NCBI GenBank assembly: GCA_963728475.1
Contig: CAVSKL010000003.1
Coordinates: forward strand, 393,573-457,572
Source: Candidatus Eiseniibacteriota bacterium
GTDB lineage: Bacteria > Eisenbacteria > RBG-16-71-46 > JABDJR01
DNA: 64,000 bases
Direction: 5' to 3'
The translations under genes were made by a program, and so were the position numbers. The notes below the pieces were generated by a model. The model searched no databases, was not told the origin of the DNA, and saw nothing but the letters and a program-made list of their open reading frames with translations. Positions 1-9,950 of the stretch are shown one piece after another. The first letter of the stretch is position 1; the number at the start of each line of letters is the position of its first letter.

Positions 1-679
1 CACGTCGGACTGCACCCGGAGTTCCAGGTTCGCGGGGAGCTGGATGGGGGCCCCGGTGGCGGTGTCGAAGAAGTAGTCGAGCACCAACTGGTTGGTGCCG
101 TCCTCGATCAGGACCGGAAGCCCGGGGGCCGGAAAGCGGAGCGGCGCCCCCTCGGTGTCGGAGAGGAAGTCCATGGAGATGTGGGCGTTGCCGCCCCCAT
201 CGACCGAGAACTGGACGTGGATCTCGTCGCTGATCGCGCCGGCGTCGGGACTGCTCGCGGGCTCGATCATGTACATGGTGGCGTCGCCGGCGTAGCCGGG
301 CTGGCTGTTGGTGAACCAGCACGCGTTGACCTGGGCGGTCTCGCCGGAGGCGAAGGCGTCGATGCCGCACTCGAAGAAGTTGTCGTACACGACGGTCGTG
401 CTGTCCCCCTGCTCCACGAAGGCCAAATAGGCCGCCGAGGCGGGGGCGGAGGCCAGGAACCCGGACAGCACCAGCAATCCGAACGGGGCCACATAGCGCT
501 TGAGCATGGTGTCTCCTGAGGGATGCAGAGTGAAGCCGCGGAAGGAGGGTCCCCCCACGGCCTGATGGGAGTCGGGAATGATGTCCTTTCCTGGTCTGGA
601 AGTCAATCAAATTGGAGAAAGTTGGAATTCCTGTAGAACAACGCCGTCAAGTGTCGCGTGATCCACCCACCCCCGGCGG

Positions 680-3600
680 TCAACTCATGCCGAGCTTCCC
701 CTCCGGATCCATCCACCGGTAGAGAGCGGGCAGCAACAGGAGCACGATCGGCCCCGAAAGCACGAACCCCCCGATCACCGCGACGGCCAGGGGCTGCATG
801 AGCTGCGAACCCTGACCGAGCGCCACCGCCAGCGGCGCGAGCGCGAGCGAGGTGGCGAGCACGGTCATGGCCACCGGGCGGAGCCGGCGGCGAGAGGCCC
901 CCGCCCAGGCCTCGCGGACGCCGCGGCCGGCCTCGAGTTCGCGCTTGGCCTCGTGGATCACGAAGATCGCGTTCTCGCCCACGATCCCCACCATCATGAT
1001 CGCCCCCACGTAGCTCGAGATGTTGAGGGTGGTGCCGGTGAGGAGGAGCGCCGCCAGCACCCCGGCCAGAACCGCCGCCGCGCAGATCGCGGTGACCACC
1101 GGCGCCCGCCAGTCGCCGAACTCGAACAGGAGCACCACCGCCACCAGGCCGAGCCCCGCCAGCAGCACGTAGAGGAGCGCGCGGAAGGACTGCTGTTGCT
1201 GCTGGTAGAGACCGCCGAAACGGAGGCTCATGCCCGGGGGGAGCCGGAGCTTGCGGTCCAGCTCACGGCGGATGCGGGCGATTCCGGCGCCGAGGTTCTG
1301 CCCCGAAAGCCGCGCCGTCACCCCGAGGTAGGTGCGGAGGTCCTCGCGATCGATCTCGGCCTCGGGGGGGCCGGTGTCGATCGTGGCCAGCTCGCTAAGC
1401 GGCACCAGGGCGGAAGGGGGATCGTTGGCGCGCAGGCGCAGTTCCCTGATCGGATGGTCCCCGTTGGCCAGGACCCGCAGATCGTAGACCCGGTCGCCGA
1501 CCCGGACCTGGTCCACCACGGTGCCGGTCACCGCCGGTTCCAGCGCCGCCTCCACCTCCTGGGTGGTCAGTCCGTAGCGGGCGGCGGCGCGGGAGTCCAC
1601 CCGGACGTCCAGGGCCGGCCCGGCGATGGTGATCCCGTCGAAGACGTCCTCGATCCCGGGGATGGCCGAGATGATGTCCGCCACCCGGCGGGCCTGGTCC
1701 TGCAACACCCCGAAATCGCTCCCGAAGATCTTGATGTCGATGGGCTGCGGGCTCCCTCCGGTGAGGTCTCCGATGTTGTCCTCCAGGAGCTGCCCGAAAT
1801 CGGTGTTGATGGCGGGCTCCACTGCGGCGATCCGCGCCCGCAGATCGTCGATCACCTCGTCCACCGGACGGCGGCGGCCCCGCGGCTTGAGGTTGATCAC
1901 GTAATCCCCGGAGTTGGGCTCGGTGATGAAGAACCCGAGCTGGGTCCCGGTCCGCCGCGAGTAGCTCTCCACGTCCGGAACCGACTGGATCACCCGCTCC
2001 GCCTCGCGGAGCATGCGGTCGGTCTCGGTGAGCGAGGTCCCCGGCGGCGTCCAGTAGTCGAGGATGATCGAGCCCTCGTCCATGCTGGGGAGGAAATCGG
2101 TGCCGATGTGCCGGTAGGCGTAGGCGGCCCCGCCGATGAGCGCCGCCGCCACCAGCGCTGCGACCCAGGGCCGGTCGAGGAGGAACCCCACGAATCGGTC
2201 GTAGCCGCGGGACAGGGCGGCGGGGAGCGCGCGCCATCCCCGGGACGGCGCCGCGTCCCCCTCCGAGGCCTCGGATGGGGACGCGGGGGGATGGGGTTCG
2301 CGCCGGAGCCCGAACCGCCCCAGCGCCGCCGGCACCCAGAGCCAGGCCAGGAAGAACGACACGGTGAGCGCCACCGCCATGGTCAACGCCAGGGGGCGGA
2401 AGAATGCGCCCACCACCCCGGTGAGGAGCGCGAAGGGGAGGAGGATCAGGGTGGTGGAGAGGCTGGAGCCGACCAGCGCGGGGAGGATCTCGTCCAGGCC
2501 GCGTTCGGCGGGATCGCCGGGCCGGTGGAGCGACGCCTCGCGTTCGACGTTCTCGACCACCACGATGGCGTCGTCGGCAATGAGCCCGATCGCCGCCGCC
2601 ACCCCGGCCAGGGTCATGAGGTTCACGGTCTGGTGGAGCGCCCCCAGGGCGAGTCCCACGATGGCCACGGTGAAAGGAATGGTGAGCACCGCGATCAGGG
2701 TCAGCCGGAACTTGCGGAGGAACACCAGGAGCACCAGCGCCGCCAGCACCACCCCGATCAGGATGGCGTCGCGGGTGCCGTTCACCGAGGCCGACACGAA
2801 CCGCGCCTGGTCGTAGAACGTGGTCCAGCGGACGTCCTTCGGCAATAGGTCCGGGTTCTCGTGGAATAGCTTCCGGACCCCGTTCGCGATGGCCACGGTG
2901 TTGGCCGAGGGCTGGCGGATGAGGTTCACCAGCACCGCGGAGTCGCCGTCGGCGGTGGTGCGGATGTAGGAGACCTCGTTCGCGACCTCCACCGTGCCCA
3001 GCTCGGAAAGCGTGGCCGGCTGCCCGCCCGGAACCGCCACCGCCACCTTCCCGAGCGCGTCCAGCCCGTGCACCCGGCCGTCCACCAGGGTCAGGTAGAG
3101 CTCGTGGTTCTGTTCGGCGAGGCCGGCGGAGAGGACGTCGTTGTTGTCGCGGATGGCCTTGACCACGTCGCCCACCGAAAGCCCCCGCCCCTCCACCGCC
3201 CCCGGGTCCAGCCGGACCTGGAACTCGCGCTTCCGCCCCCCCTGGACCTCCACCCGCGACACCCCGGGGATCCGGCCCAGTTCCGGCTTGAGCGTGAACT
3301 CGGCCAGGCGCAGGAGGTCGGCCTGGGACTCCCGGTCCGAGGTGAGCGCGTATCCCTGGATGGGGAACGAGGCCGGATTCATCCACTCCACGTCGATCCG
3401 GGTGTCGGGGGGGAGGTCGGGCCGGATGCGCTGGGTCTCGGCCTGGACCCGCTGGAGCGCTACCTGCATATCGGTGCCCCACGCGAACTGCGCGCTCAGC
3501 TCAGAGGATCCGCGCGAGGTGGTGGAGCGCACCACCTGGATCCCGGGAACCCGGTGGATGGCCTCCTCCAGCGGCCGGGTCACCGTCGGCATCATCCGCG

Positions 3601-3769
3601 CCGCCGGCTCCTCGCCCACGTCCACGATCACCTTCACGATGGGGAAGGTCACCGCGGGGAAGATGGAGGAAGGGAGCCCGCGGGCGAGGAACGCCCCCGC
3701 GCCGGCCAGGATGAACACCAGCGCGAACAGCGCGGGCCAGCGCCGCCGCACCGAGGTGAGAACGGTCAC
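680..3769 (-). CDS. RND efflux transporter permease (AcrB/CzcA/CusA superfamily, ~1030 aa). The ~190-aa N-terminal extension of the 1222-aa track ORF is Arg/Gly-rich and judged non-coding. Proposed GTG start overlaps the MFP stop as GTGA.
   Basis: 12-TM RND architecture with two large periplasmic loops. N-terminus ...RRRWPALFALVFILAGAGAF... is typical of RND pumps. It is last in an OMF-MFP-RND operon. Confidence 0.85.
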   Translation of the reverse strand: MTVLTSVRRRWPALFALVFILAGAGAFLARGLPSSIFPAVTFPIVKVIVDVGEEPAARMMPTVTRPLEEAIHRVPGIQVVRSTTSRGSSELSAQFAWGTDMQVALQRVQAETQRIRPDLPPDTRIDVEWMNPASFPIQGYALTSDRESQADLLRLAEFTLKPELGRIPGVSRVEVQGGRKREFQVRLDPGAVEGRGLSVGDVVKAIRDNNDVLSAGLAEQNHELYLTLVDGRVHGLDALGKVAVAVPGGQPATLSELGTVEVANEVSYIRTTADGDSAVLVNLIRQPSANTVAIANGVRKLFHENPDLLPKDVRWTTFYDQARFVSASVNGTRDAILIGVVLAALVLLVFLRKFRLTLIAVLTIPFTVAIVGLALGALHQTVNLMTLAGVAAAIGLIADDAIVVVENVEREASLHRPGDPAERGLDEILPALVGSSLSTTLILLPFALLTGVVGAFFRPLALTMAVALTVSFFLAWLWVPAALGRFGLRREPHPPASPSEASEGDAAPSRGWRALPAALSRGYDRFVGFLLDRPWVAALVAAALIGGAAYAYRHIGTDFLPSMDEGSIILDYWTPPGTSLTETDRMLREAERVIQSVPDVESYSRRTGTQLGFFITEPNSGDYVINLKPRGRRRPVDEVIDDLRARIAAVEPAINTDFGQLLEDNIGDLTGGSPQPIDIKIFGSDFGVLQDQARRVADIISAIPGIEDVFDGITIAGPALDVRVDSRAAARYGLTTQEVEAALEPAVTGTVVDQVRVGDRVYDLRVLANGDHPIRELRLRANDPPSALVPLSELATIDTGPPEAEIDREDLRTYLGVTARLSGQNLGAGIARIRRELDRKLRLPPGMSLRFGGLYQQQQQSFRALLYVLLAGLGLVAVVLLFEFGDWRAPVVTAICAAAVLAGVLAALLLTGTTLNISSYVGAIMMVGIVGENAIFVIHEAKRELEAGRGVREAWAGASRRRLRPVAMTVLATSLALAPLAVALGQGSQLMQPLAVAVIGGFVLSGPIVLLLLPALYRWMDPEGKLGMS

Positions 3770-4764
3770 GACCGGGCCCGGACCGCGGCGCTGTCGGGAA
3801 GCCCCACCTGGCCGTTCACGATGACCGTTTCTCCGGCGGACACGCCGGGTCCGGTGATCTCGACCCGGCCCCGGTCGGCGACCCCGGTGCGCACGGTGTC
3901 CCACACCGCGATGCCCCCCCGCACCGCCGCGACTCGTGAAATGCCGGTCACGTCGTCGGTGATCACCGCCTCCGCGGGAGCCGAGAGGACGCCCCGCCGC
4001 TCGCCGACCACGATGGTGGCGGTTCCGAAGAGCCCCACCGCAGGGACGTCGAGGCCGTTGACGAGGTCGATCCGCACCGGGGCGCTGAACGCGTCGCCGG
4101 CGGCGGTGGGAAGCACACCGTGCACCGCGCCGAGGAGGCTGTCGGCCCGAGCGGAAAGCCGGACCCACGCCCGCTGGCCCGGCTTCACCCGGGCCAGGTC
4201 GCTCTGAGAGACCTCGGCCTGGAACACCGCCGATCCCGCGGCTGCGAGCTTGACGATCTCGTCCCCCTCGCCCAGCCGGTCCCCTTCGGTCGCGGCGTGG
4301 GAGAGGACCACCCCCGCCGCGGGCGCCTTGAGCACCCGCTCCACCCACTCGCGCCGGGCCAGGGCCAGCGCCGCCTTTGCGTCGGCCGAATCGGCCGCGT
4401 CCCGGGCCGAGGCCAGCATCGCCTGCGCCCCCTCCATCGCCGCCTCGCTGCTTCGCGCCACCAACCGTCCCAGCAGGTCGCCTTCCCGTACCCGGTCGCC
4501 GTCGGTCACCCGGAGTTCGGTGAGGGTGCCGGCGAAGGGTGCGCGCACCGTTTCCTCACGGAGGACCTGGGTGCGTCCGGACGCGGTCACGATGACCCGC
4601 AGGGTGTCGCGAACGATCCGCCCCAGGTCCACCGGGACCGCCGCCGCGGTGTCGCCCGCGGGCGGCGATCCGGACTCGTCGCCCTTCCCCGAGCCGCCCC
4701 CCGAGCACGCGGCCAGCGCCATCAGGAGCGCCGCGGCCAGCGCGGTGCCGGCCGGGCGGTTCAC
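3766..4764 (-). CDS. Efflux RND periplasmic adaptor subunit (membrane fusion protein, HlyD family), lipoprotein
   Basis: Track ORF 3766..6030; the C-terminal ~330 aa show an MFP beta-barrel/lipoyl-like fold. Proposed GTG start gives MNRPAGTALAAALLMALAACSGG with a lipobox and overlaps the OMF stop as GTGA. Confidence 0.8.
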   Translation of the reverse strand: MNRPAGTALAAALLMALAACSGGGSGKGDESGSPPAGDTAAAVPVDLGRIVRDTLRVIVTASGRTQVLREETVRAPFAGTLTELRVTDGDRVREGDLLGRLVARSSEAAMEGAQAMLASARDAADSADAKAALALARREWVERVLKAPAAGVVLSHAATEGDRLGEGDEIVKLAAAGSAVFQAEVSQSDLARVKPGQRAWVRLSARADSLLGAVHGVLPTAAGDAFSAPVRIDLVNGLDVPAVGLFGTATIVVGERRGVLSAPAEAVITDDVTGISRVAAVRGGIAVWDTVRTGVADRGRVEITGPGVSAGETVIVNGQVGLPDSAAVRARS

Positions 4765-6044
4765 GGCGTCCCCCAGCGGAGGGCCCGCGCTTCCGCTTCG
4801 CGATAGGAGTAGACGGCCTGGGCGGCGCTCCGGCCCGCCTGGACCCATTGATCGAAGGCGTCCAGCACGTCCAGAACCGACCCCTCGCCCCCGCGGTAAG
4901 AACTTTCGGCTTGCAAGTAGGCCTCCTCGGCGGCGGGCACCGCGTGATTCCAGGTCGCCACCTGGCGGTAGAGGTGCTCCATGTCGCTCCGGGCGCGGGT
5001 CCAGTCGAGGCGGACCGCGCGGCGCGTCGCTTCCGTGCTCAGGCCGGCCTGCCGGGCGCTCAGCTCGGCCCGGCGCAGACGGCCCCGGTACGCCCCGAAG
5101 TCCAGGAGCGGCCAGCTGAAGTTGAGGACGAACTCGGCTCCGCTCCCGGTTCCGGTGTTGAGGTTGGCGGGGGCCTCGGCGCCCAGGGTCGGCTCGGTAC
5201 CCACGTCGGCCTCCAGGTCCAGGTGCGGCCGGCGCTCGGCCCGCACCTCGTCGATCCGGGCCAGCTCGCGCCGGTGGGTGAGCCGCGCCTCCTCCAGATC
5301 CGGCGCCGACTCCCACGAGCCCGCCGCGGGAGCCGGCGGCGGCGCCGGCGGAGGAAGCGGAGCCAGGGCGAGGCTGTCGGCGGGGGTCCGCCCCAGAAGG
5401 TCGTTCATCTCCAGGCGCCGTCCCTCCAGGCGCTGCGCGATGTCCTCCAGGTCGGCGGTCTCGCCGTCCAGGCGCACCCGCGCCCGGAGCAGGTCCCCGG
5501 CCACCGGATCGCCGGACCGGCGGCGCGCCTCGATCAGCTCCACGTAGCGCTCCAGCCGGGCCACGCCCTGCTCCGCCAAGCGCCGCTCCTCCTCCAGCCC
5601 GAGGATTCCCGCGAACCGGGTGCGCACCTCCAGATCCAGATCCGCGGCCGCCATGCGGTAGCGCGCCGTGCTCAGCATGACCTCCGCGCGGGCTCCCGAG
5701 ACCCCGGCGCGGAGCCGCCCGCCGTCGTAGATGGGAAGGCCGGCGACGAGCTGGAGACGGGCGTCGCCGGAGGCGTACTTCCGGGGCGCGCCGTCGTGAA
5801 GATCGCCGTCCAGCCTCAGCGACGGCCCGAGCGCCCCCCGCGCCTCCTCCAGCCCCGCGCGCGCGACCAGGGTATCGGCGGCGGCCACCGGGAGTCCCGC
5901 GTTGGCCCGCCGCGCTTCCCGGAGCGCCTCGTCCAGGGTGAGGGGAGGTCCCGCGGACACGGTTCGCGAAGAGCAGAGCCCGAGCAGGAGAAGCGCTGCG
6001 CCTGCCACGGTTCCCGACCCGCGCATCCATTCGAGGTCGATCAT
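4761..6044 (-). CDS. Outer-membrane efflux protein (TolC/CzcC/OprM family outer membrane factor)
   Basis: Track ORF 4761..6122. Signal peptide MIDLEWMRGSGTVAGAALLLLGLCSS, two coiled-coil/beta-barrel repeats, first gene of the efflux operon. Alternative ATG at 6026. Confidence 0.8.
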   Translation of the reverse strand: MIDLEWMRGSGTVAGAALLLLGLCSSRTVSAGPPLTLDEALREARRANAGLPVAAADTLVARAGLEEARGALGPSLRLDGDLHDGAPRKYASGDARLQLVAGLPIYDGGRLRAGVSGARAEVMLSTARYRMAAADLDLEVRTRFAGILGLEEERRLAEQGVARLERYVELIEARRRSGDPVAGDLLRARVRLDGETADLEDIAQRLEGRRLEMNDLLGRTPADSLALAPLPPPAPPPAPAAGSWESAPDLEEARLTHRRELARIDEVRAERRPHLDLEADVGTEPTLGAEAPANLNTGTGSGAEFVLNFSWPLLDFGAYRGRLRRAELSARQAGLSTEATRRAVRLDWTRARSDMEHLYRQVATWNHAVPAAEEAYLQAESSYRGGEGSVLDVLDAFDQWVQAGRSAAQAVYSYREAEARALRWGTP

Positions 6045-6218
6045 GTTGCTGACGTACTTCTCCTCACGAACGGGTATGAGATGATCTAGCAGCGGATCCG
6101 CGAACCCGCCCGGACCGGACACGGATTCGCGAGCAATTGGAGCCCTCGTAAACCATACAACTCTATCAAGTGCCTATCGGGCTCGCAAGAAAGTGGCTGG
6201 AACGGGGAGGGCTCCCAG

Positions 6219-6713
6219 TCAATCCTTCTCGTCCGCTTCCTCATTGTTCCTCAACCTACCCTCCGCGGTGAAGACCAGCTCGTGACCCCCCCCGTTCAAC
6301 GTAACGTGGAGTTCGTAGGTCGGCTCTTCCTTGCTTCCGGGGACCAGATGACGCTCCGCGCTCTTGATCTTGGCTCCGGCGTACTCGGACTTGCCCAGGC
6401 TCGTGAGTACCGCCGCCGGCAACTCGCTTGCCGCCAGCGTGGTCTCTTCCTCTCTCACCACGCCCACCGTGTCCAGGAGCGCATCCACGTGACGCCCGTC
6501 AATCTTCATTTCGGCCTCGAAGAAGGTCGAGCTGTTTTCAGTTTCCTTGGAAAATCCAATAAATGTCGCCGCGTGATAATGGGTATTCAGGCTGTCCATA
6601 ACCGCCGCCGGGACTTCGCCGGGCTTGACCCTTACTTCCTTGGCCTGGGCGACGGGGATCAGAATCAGAGAAACGGCAGCCGCGAACAGGGCGCCGCGAA
6701 GCTTCATGCGCAT
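6219..6713 (-). CDS. Secreted PepSY-like (DUF2874-type) two-repeat periplasmic protein
   Basis: Signal peptide MRMKLRGALFAAAVSLILIPVAQA. Two internal ~55-aa repeats (VPAAVMDSL.../LPAAVLTSL...). Strong GGAGG RBS 5 nt before the ATG. Lies between a TCS and the efflux operon. Local GC is visibly lower than its surroundings. Confidence 0.55.
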   Translation of the reverse strand: MRMKLRGALFAAAVSLILIPVAQAKEVRVKPGEVPAAVMDSLNTHYHAATFIGFSKETENSSTFFEAEMKIDGRHVDALLDTVGVVREEETTLAASELPAAVLTSLGKSEYAGAKIKSAERHLVPGSKEEPTYELHVTLNGGGHELVFTAEGRLRNNEEADEKD

Positions 6714-6801
6714 TGCATCCTCCTCGGTAGCGGGATGAGATATGACCCCCTCATGGTCGGAACGCGAGAGGACACCTTAACAACCGAGCCCGAACTGAAC
6801 C

Positions 6802-8232
6802 TTAACGGGGCGATTCGGGCCCCAATTCGGCCACCGGAACCTGGAGATCCCAGGTTGGATTCGACAGGGCGGGGAGCCCGAGCACGAAGCAGGCGCCGCC
6901 GGAGGGAGCCGGCCGGTAGACCACGTCGCCCCGGTGCGCCCGCGCCACCTGGCGCAGGATGGGGAGCCCCAACCCGAACCCATGGGTCTTGGCCCGGGCC
7001 TCAGAGCCTCGGAAGAAGGGATCAAAGAGGCGGTCCACTTCCTCCGGCGCCACCCCCGGCCCATGGTCCGCCACCGTGGCCTGCACTTGGGCGCCTACCA
7101 ATTCGATGGTCACCTCCACCGCGTCGCCGCGCTGGGAGAATTTCAGAGCGTTGTCCACAAGATTGGTCATGGCGGAGGTAAGCAGGCTCGGGTGACCAAG
7201 GACAAGCACCTCGTCGGGCGCGGAGAGCCGCACGTCCTCGGCCCGGTCCGGCCGCGCGGCGACCTGCGCGCGGTGGACGTCACGCGCCACGTCGGCCAGG
7301 TTCACCGTCTCGAATTCTCCGGGGGGTCGGGCTCCCCCCTCGTTCAGGCGGCGCAGGAGGAGCAATGCATCGACGAGATCGTTCATGCGCTGGGCCTGAG
7401 CTCGGGCCGCGGCGATGCTCTCCGCCGCCGGGGTTCCGGGAGGTGTCGAGGAGCCGGCAAGCTCAAGTTCTCCAAGAAGGACGGTGAGGGGGGTGCGAAG
7501 CTCATGGGAGGCATCCGCAGCAAAGCGCCGCTCTCGTTGTCGCGCGTCGTCCAGTCCGGCCAAGAGCCGGTTGAACGCTGCGGTAAGCCGGTCTACCTCG
7601 TCGATGCCCGCGGGTTTGCCCAGGGAGCGCACCCCCGCCTCGGCGGACGCCGACCCGGCGCGACTGGTCATCTCCTCCAGCGGCCGCAACCCCCGGGTGG
7701 TGATGAGCCGCTCGGCCAGGACCACGAGAACGAGGAGAGGCAGGCCGGTCAGCACCAATGCCCGGATCAACGCGGCCATGTTTCGTCTGCGCCTCACGAC
7801 CGAGATCGACGTTTCGACCGTGAAGCCCCTGGTCGACACGTATCGCCCATAGTGTCTCGGATCTTGCCGGCCCTTGCTTGCCATGGGGGTACCGGCGGCC
7901 GAAGAGTCCACCGCGCCGGCTACCCCCGCCCCCGCGGGCCCGGTCGTTCCAAGCACTCTCCCCTGCGAATCGTAAACAGTGAGGCGGACTCCGGCGGGGG
8001 CATCCTCCTTTACCGCATCCCAGACCGCCTCCTGCGGGCTGCTCCCGCGGGAGAGGTCCTCATCGATGTCGGCGCCGACGCCGTGAGCGGTCTGTTCCAG
8101 CTCGCGCGCTTCCTCCAGCAGCAGGACGTGGCCGGTTACCAAGACCGCGGACGCAGCGAAGATCACCATGGACGCGCCGATCGCCGCCCCGTGCAGAAGC
8201 GTGAGTCGGCTGCGGAGGGAGCGCCCGGTCAC
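6802..8232 (-). CDS. Sensor histidine kinase (TM-HAMP-HisKA-HATPase_c), partner of the OmpR-type regulator
   Basis: H-box SHELRTPLTVLLGELE, with G1/G2 ATP-binding boxes downstream. Two TM segments flank a periplasmic loop. Start overlaps the RR stop by 4 nt. Confidence 0.85.
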   Translation of the reverse strand: MTGRSLRSRLTLLHGAAIGASMVIFAASAVLVTGHVLLLEEARELEQTAHGVGADIDEDLSRGSSPQEAVWDAVKEDAPAGVRLTVYDSQGRVLGTTGPAGAGVAGAVDSSAAGTPMASKGRQDPRHYGRYVSTRGFTVETSISVVRRRRNMAALIRALVLTGLPLLVLVVLAERLITTRGLRPLEEMTSRAGSASAEAGVRSLGKPAGIDEVDRLTAAFNRLLAGLDDARQRERRFAADASHELRTPLTVLLGELELAGSSTPPGTPAAESIAAARAQAQRMNDLVDALLLLRRLNEGGARPPGEFETVNLADVARDVHRAQVAARPDRAEDVRLSAPDEVLVLGHPSLLTSAMTNLVDNALKFSQRGDAVEVTIELVGAQVQATVADHGPGVAPEEVDRLFDPFFRGSEARAKTHGFGLGLPILRQVARAHRGDVVYRPAPSGGACFVLGLPALSNPTWDLQVPVAELGPESPR

Positions 8233-8903
8233 CGGGCAAGCTCCAGCACGTATCCTTCGCCGCGGACGGTCCGGATGAGGCCCGGGCCGCCCGCCCGACC
8301 CAGCTTCCGCCGGATTCGGCTCATGATCACGTCCAGGCTCTCCGAGGCCGACGAGGCGGCGTCACCCCAGGCGAGGGACAAGAGCTCGTCGCGACGCACC
8401 ACGCGGCCGGCCCGGGAGGCGAGGATTTCCAGCACGCGCCACTCGCGAGCGGTCATCGGGACCTGGGCCCCGTCCCGGCGCAGAACCCGGGCGGCGAAGT
8501 CGATCTCCAAGCCGTCCGTCACCAGGCGCGTCGGCGGAGCCGTTCCCTGGCGGCGGCCGAGTGCCCGCACCCGTGCGTCGAGTTCGGCGAGGGCAAAGGG
8601 CTTGCGAAGATAATCGTCGGCCCCAGCGTCGAGGCCTGCCACCCGGTCTCCCACCGCGCCGCGAGCGGTAAGGAAGAGGATGGGTACCCGCACCCCGTCC
8701 AGTCGGAGCTGGCGACAGATCTCGAGGCCGTCACCATCCGGAAGCTGGATGTCGATGATGAGAACGTCGAAGTCCTCGGTTCGCGCCAACTCGTCTCCGG
8801 TGGCGGCCCGGTCCGCTTCCCGGACCGAATGGCCGCGGACGGTGAGGGAGCGGCGGATCAGCGAGCGAGTGGGCTCGTCGTCTTCGATAAGCAGAATTCT
8901 CAT
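8229..8903 (-). CDS. OmpR-family two-component response regulator (REC + winged-helix)
   Basis: MRILLIEDDEPTRSLIRRSL...DVLIIDIQLPDGDGLEICRQLR...RKPFALAELDARVRALGRR plus a C-terminal trans_reg_C domain. The track ORF (to 9281) has a 126-aa non-homologous N-terminal extension, so the start is placed at the MRILL ATG. Confidence 0.85.
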   Translation of the reverse strand: MRILLIEDDEPTRSLIRRSLTVRGHSVREADRAATGDELARTEDFDVLIIDIQLPDGDGLEICRQLRLDGVRVPILFLTARGAVGDRVAGLDAGADDYLRKPFALAELDARVRALGRRQGTAPPTRLVTDGLEIDFAARVLRRDGAQVPMTAREWRVLEILASRAGRVVRRDELLSLAWGDAASSASESLDVIMSRIRRKLGRAGGPGLIRTVRGEGYVLELAR

Positions 8904-9277
8904 TTTCGGTTTCCGCTGCAGTCTCGAGCCGGCCGGCGCCGGCCCCGCCTCGTCCGGATGGGAGGGGCAGCGCGAACCACGGGTTCGACCGGCCCCGGAG
9001 CGTGCCGAGAGTATCCGGCCGGTCGCCGGTCCGGACAACCGGGTCTTTCCGGACGGGGTCTCGATGCCGGCGCCGACGCAAGCCTCCCCGTCCGGGGTGC
9101 TCCGGCGATCGATCCCTGAGAGGCTCCGCGGGGAGAGGGCCATGCCGAGGAGTAGGAGTTTGGTGCCGAGCAGATGCCTCCAGAGTTTCTCCCAGGCGAA
9201 TTGGCCGGCCCACTGGATCGTCACCGCGACGACCGCGACGACCACCAGCCAGGCGAGGAGAAAACGGATACGGCGGC

Positions 9278-9450
9278 TCACCCCTCGAGCAGCTCGGTCA
9301 GGGAACCGAGGTCGTAGCCCGCGTCCCGGAGGTCCCGGATGATGCCGGGAAGCGCTTCGGCGGTCTGCGAGCGATCGCCGGGGAGATCGTAGCCCTAGCC
9401 GTCGTGAAGCAGCACGGTCGCGCCCGGTCGGCCGACACCAAGAAGAATGA
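9278..9450 (-). pseudogene. Remnant of a CE4 polysaccharide deacetylase C-terminus with an in-frame stop (…GATVLLHDG*GYDLPGDRSQTAEALPGIIRDLRDAGYDLGSLTELLEG)
   Basis: Translation is colinear with the C-terminus of the downstream GT2-CE4 protein (ARPGAIILLHDG...ALPKIIHRLRAEGYSFVTIPELLG) but interrupted by TAG at ~9395-9397. Upstream sequence lacks homology. Confidence 0.4.
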
Positions 9451-9950
9451 TTATCTCCGCCCGCGACGTCCTGCTGTCAATCGTCGGTCTCCGGGGGGAA
9501 GGGGAGGTGGTTAGGGGCCAGTTAAGGTTCGAACCCCGCGGCGGTCGCGGCCGCTTCGAGGCCCCGCCGCTCGTGATCCGACGAGTTTGGTCCGGCACTT
9601 GGGCTTGGCCGGGCGGCCCGATCCGCCCGGCATCTCGCCCCCTTCACCTCGCCGGCCGGATCCCGGCAGCGGCCGGCCCTCGACCTTCGGGGTTTCCAGG
9701 AACTTTTCCGGCCATTTTGCCTACCATGGGTTGAACCGCCGACCGGCACCGGTTCCCACGGGCCCCTCTCTCGGGCACGGCCGAGTGCCGTGTGCGATCG
9801 GATCGGACCGATCACCGGAGCGTGCATGCTTCATGGCTCTCGCATACCCGGCGCCGGGGGGGCGGGTCCCTGCTTCGGCGGCGCTCGGACCCCGCGGACG
9901 GGCGGTCACGATAATCGGTACCGATCTCAAATGAATTTCCGGGGGGGCAC

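Noticed and set aside
953-3482. Long ORFs 953..2848 (+) and 1395..3482 (-) overlapping the RND pump gene
   Set aside because: Their translations are Arg/Gly/Pro/His-rich low-complexity with no domain signal. The minus-strand RND frame carries clear homology. They are typical antisense/alternate-frame ORFs of ~70 % GC DNA.
8904-9281. 126-aa N-terminal extension of the OmpR regulator ORF, including a hydrophobic stretch (RFLLAWLVVVAVVAVTIQWAG)
   Set aside because: In frame, with no stop before the canonical MRILLIEDD start. No RBS and no homology. Considered as a possible separate small membrane ORF, but no independent stop exists.
9599-9950. Possible small RNA or tRNA in the 350-nt gap upstream of the GT2-CE4 gene
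   Set aside because: Only short imperfect hairpins (e.g. cacggc-cgagt-gccgtg). No cloverleaf or conserved ncRNA features recognisable by eye.
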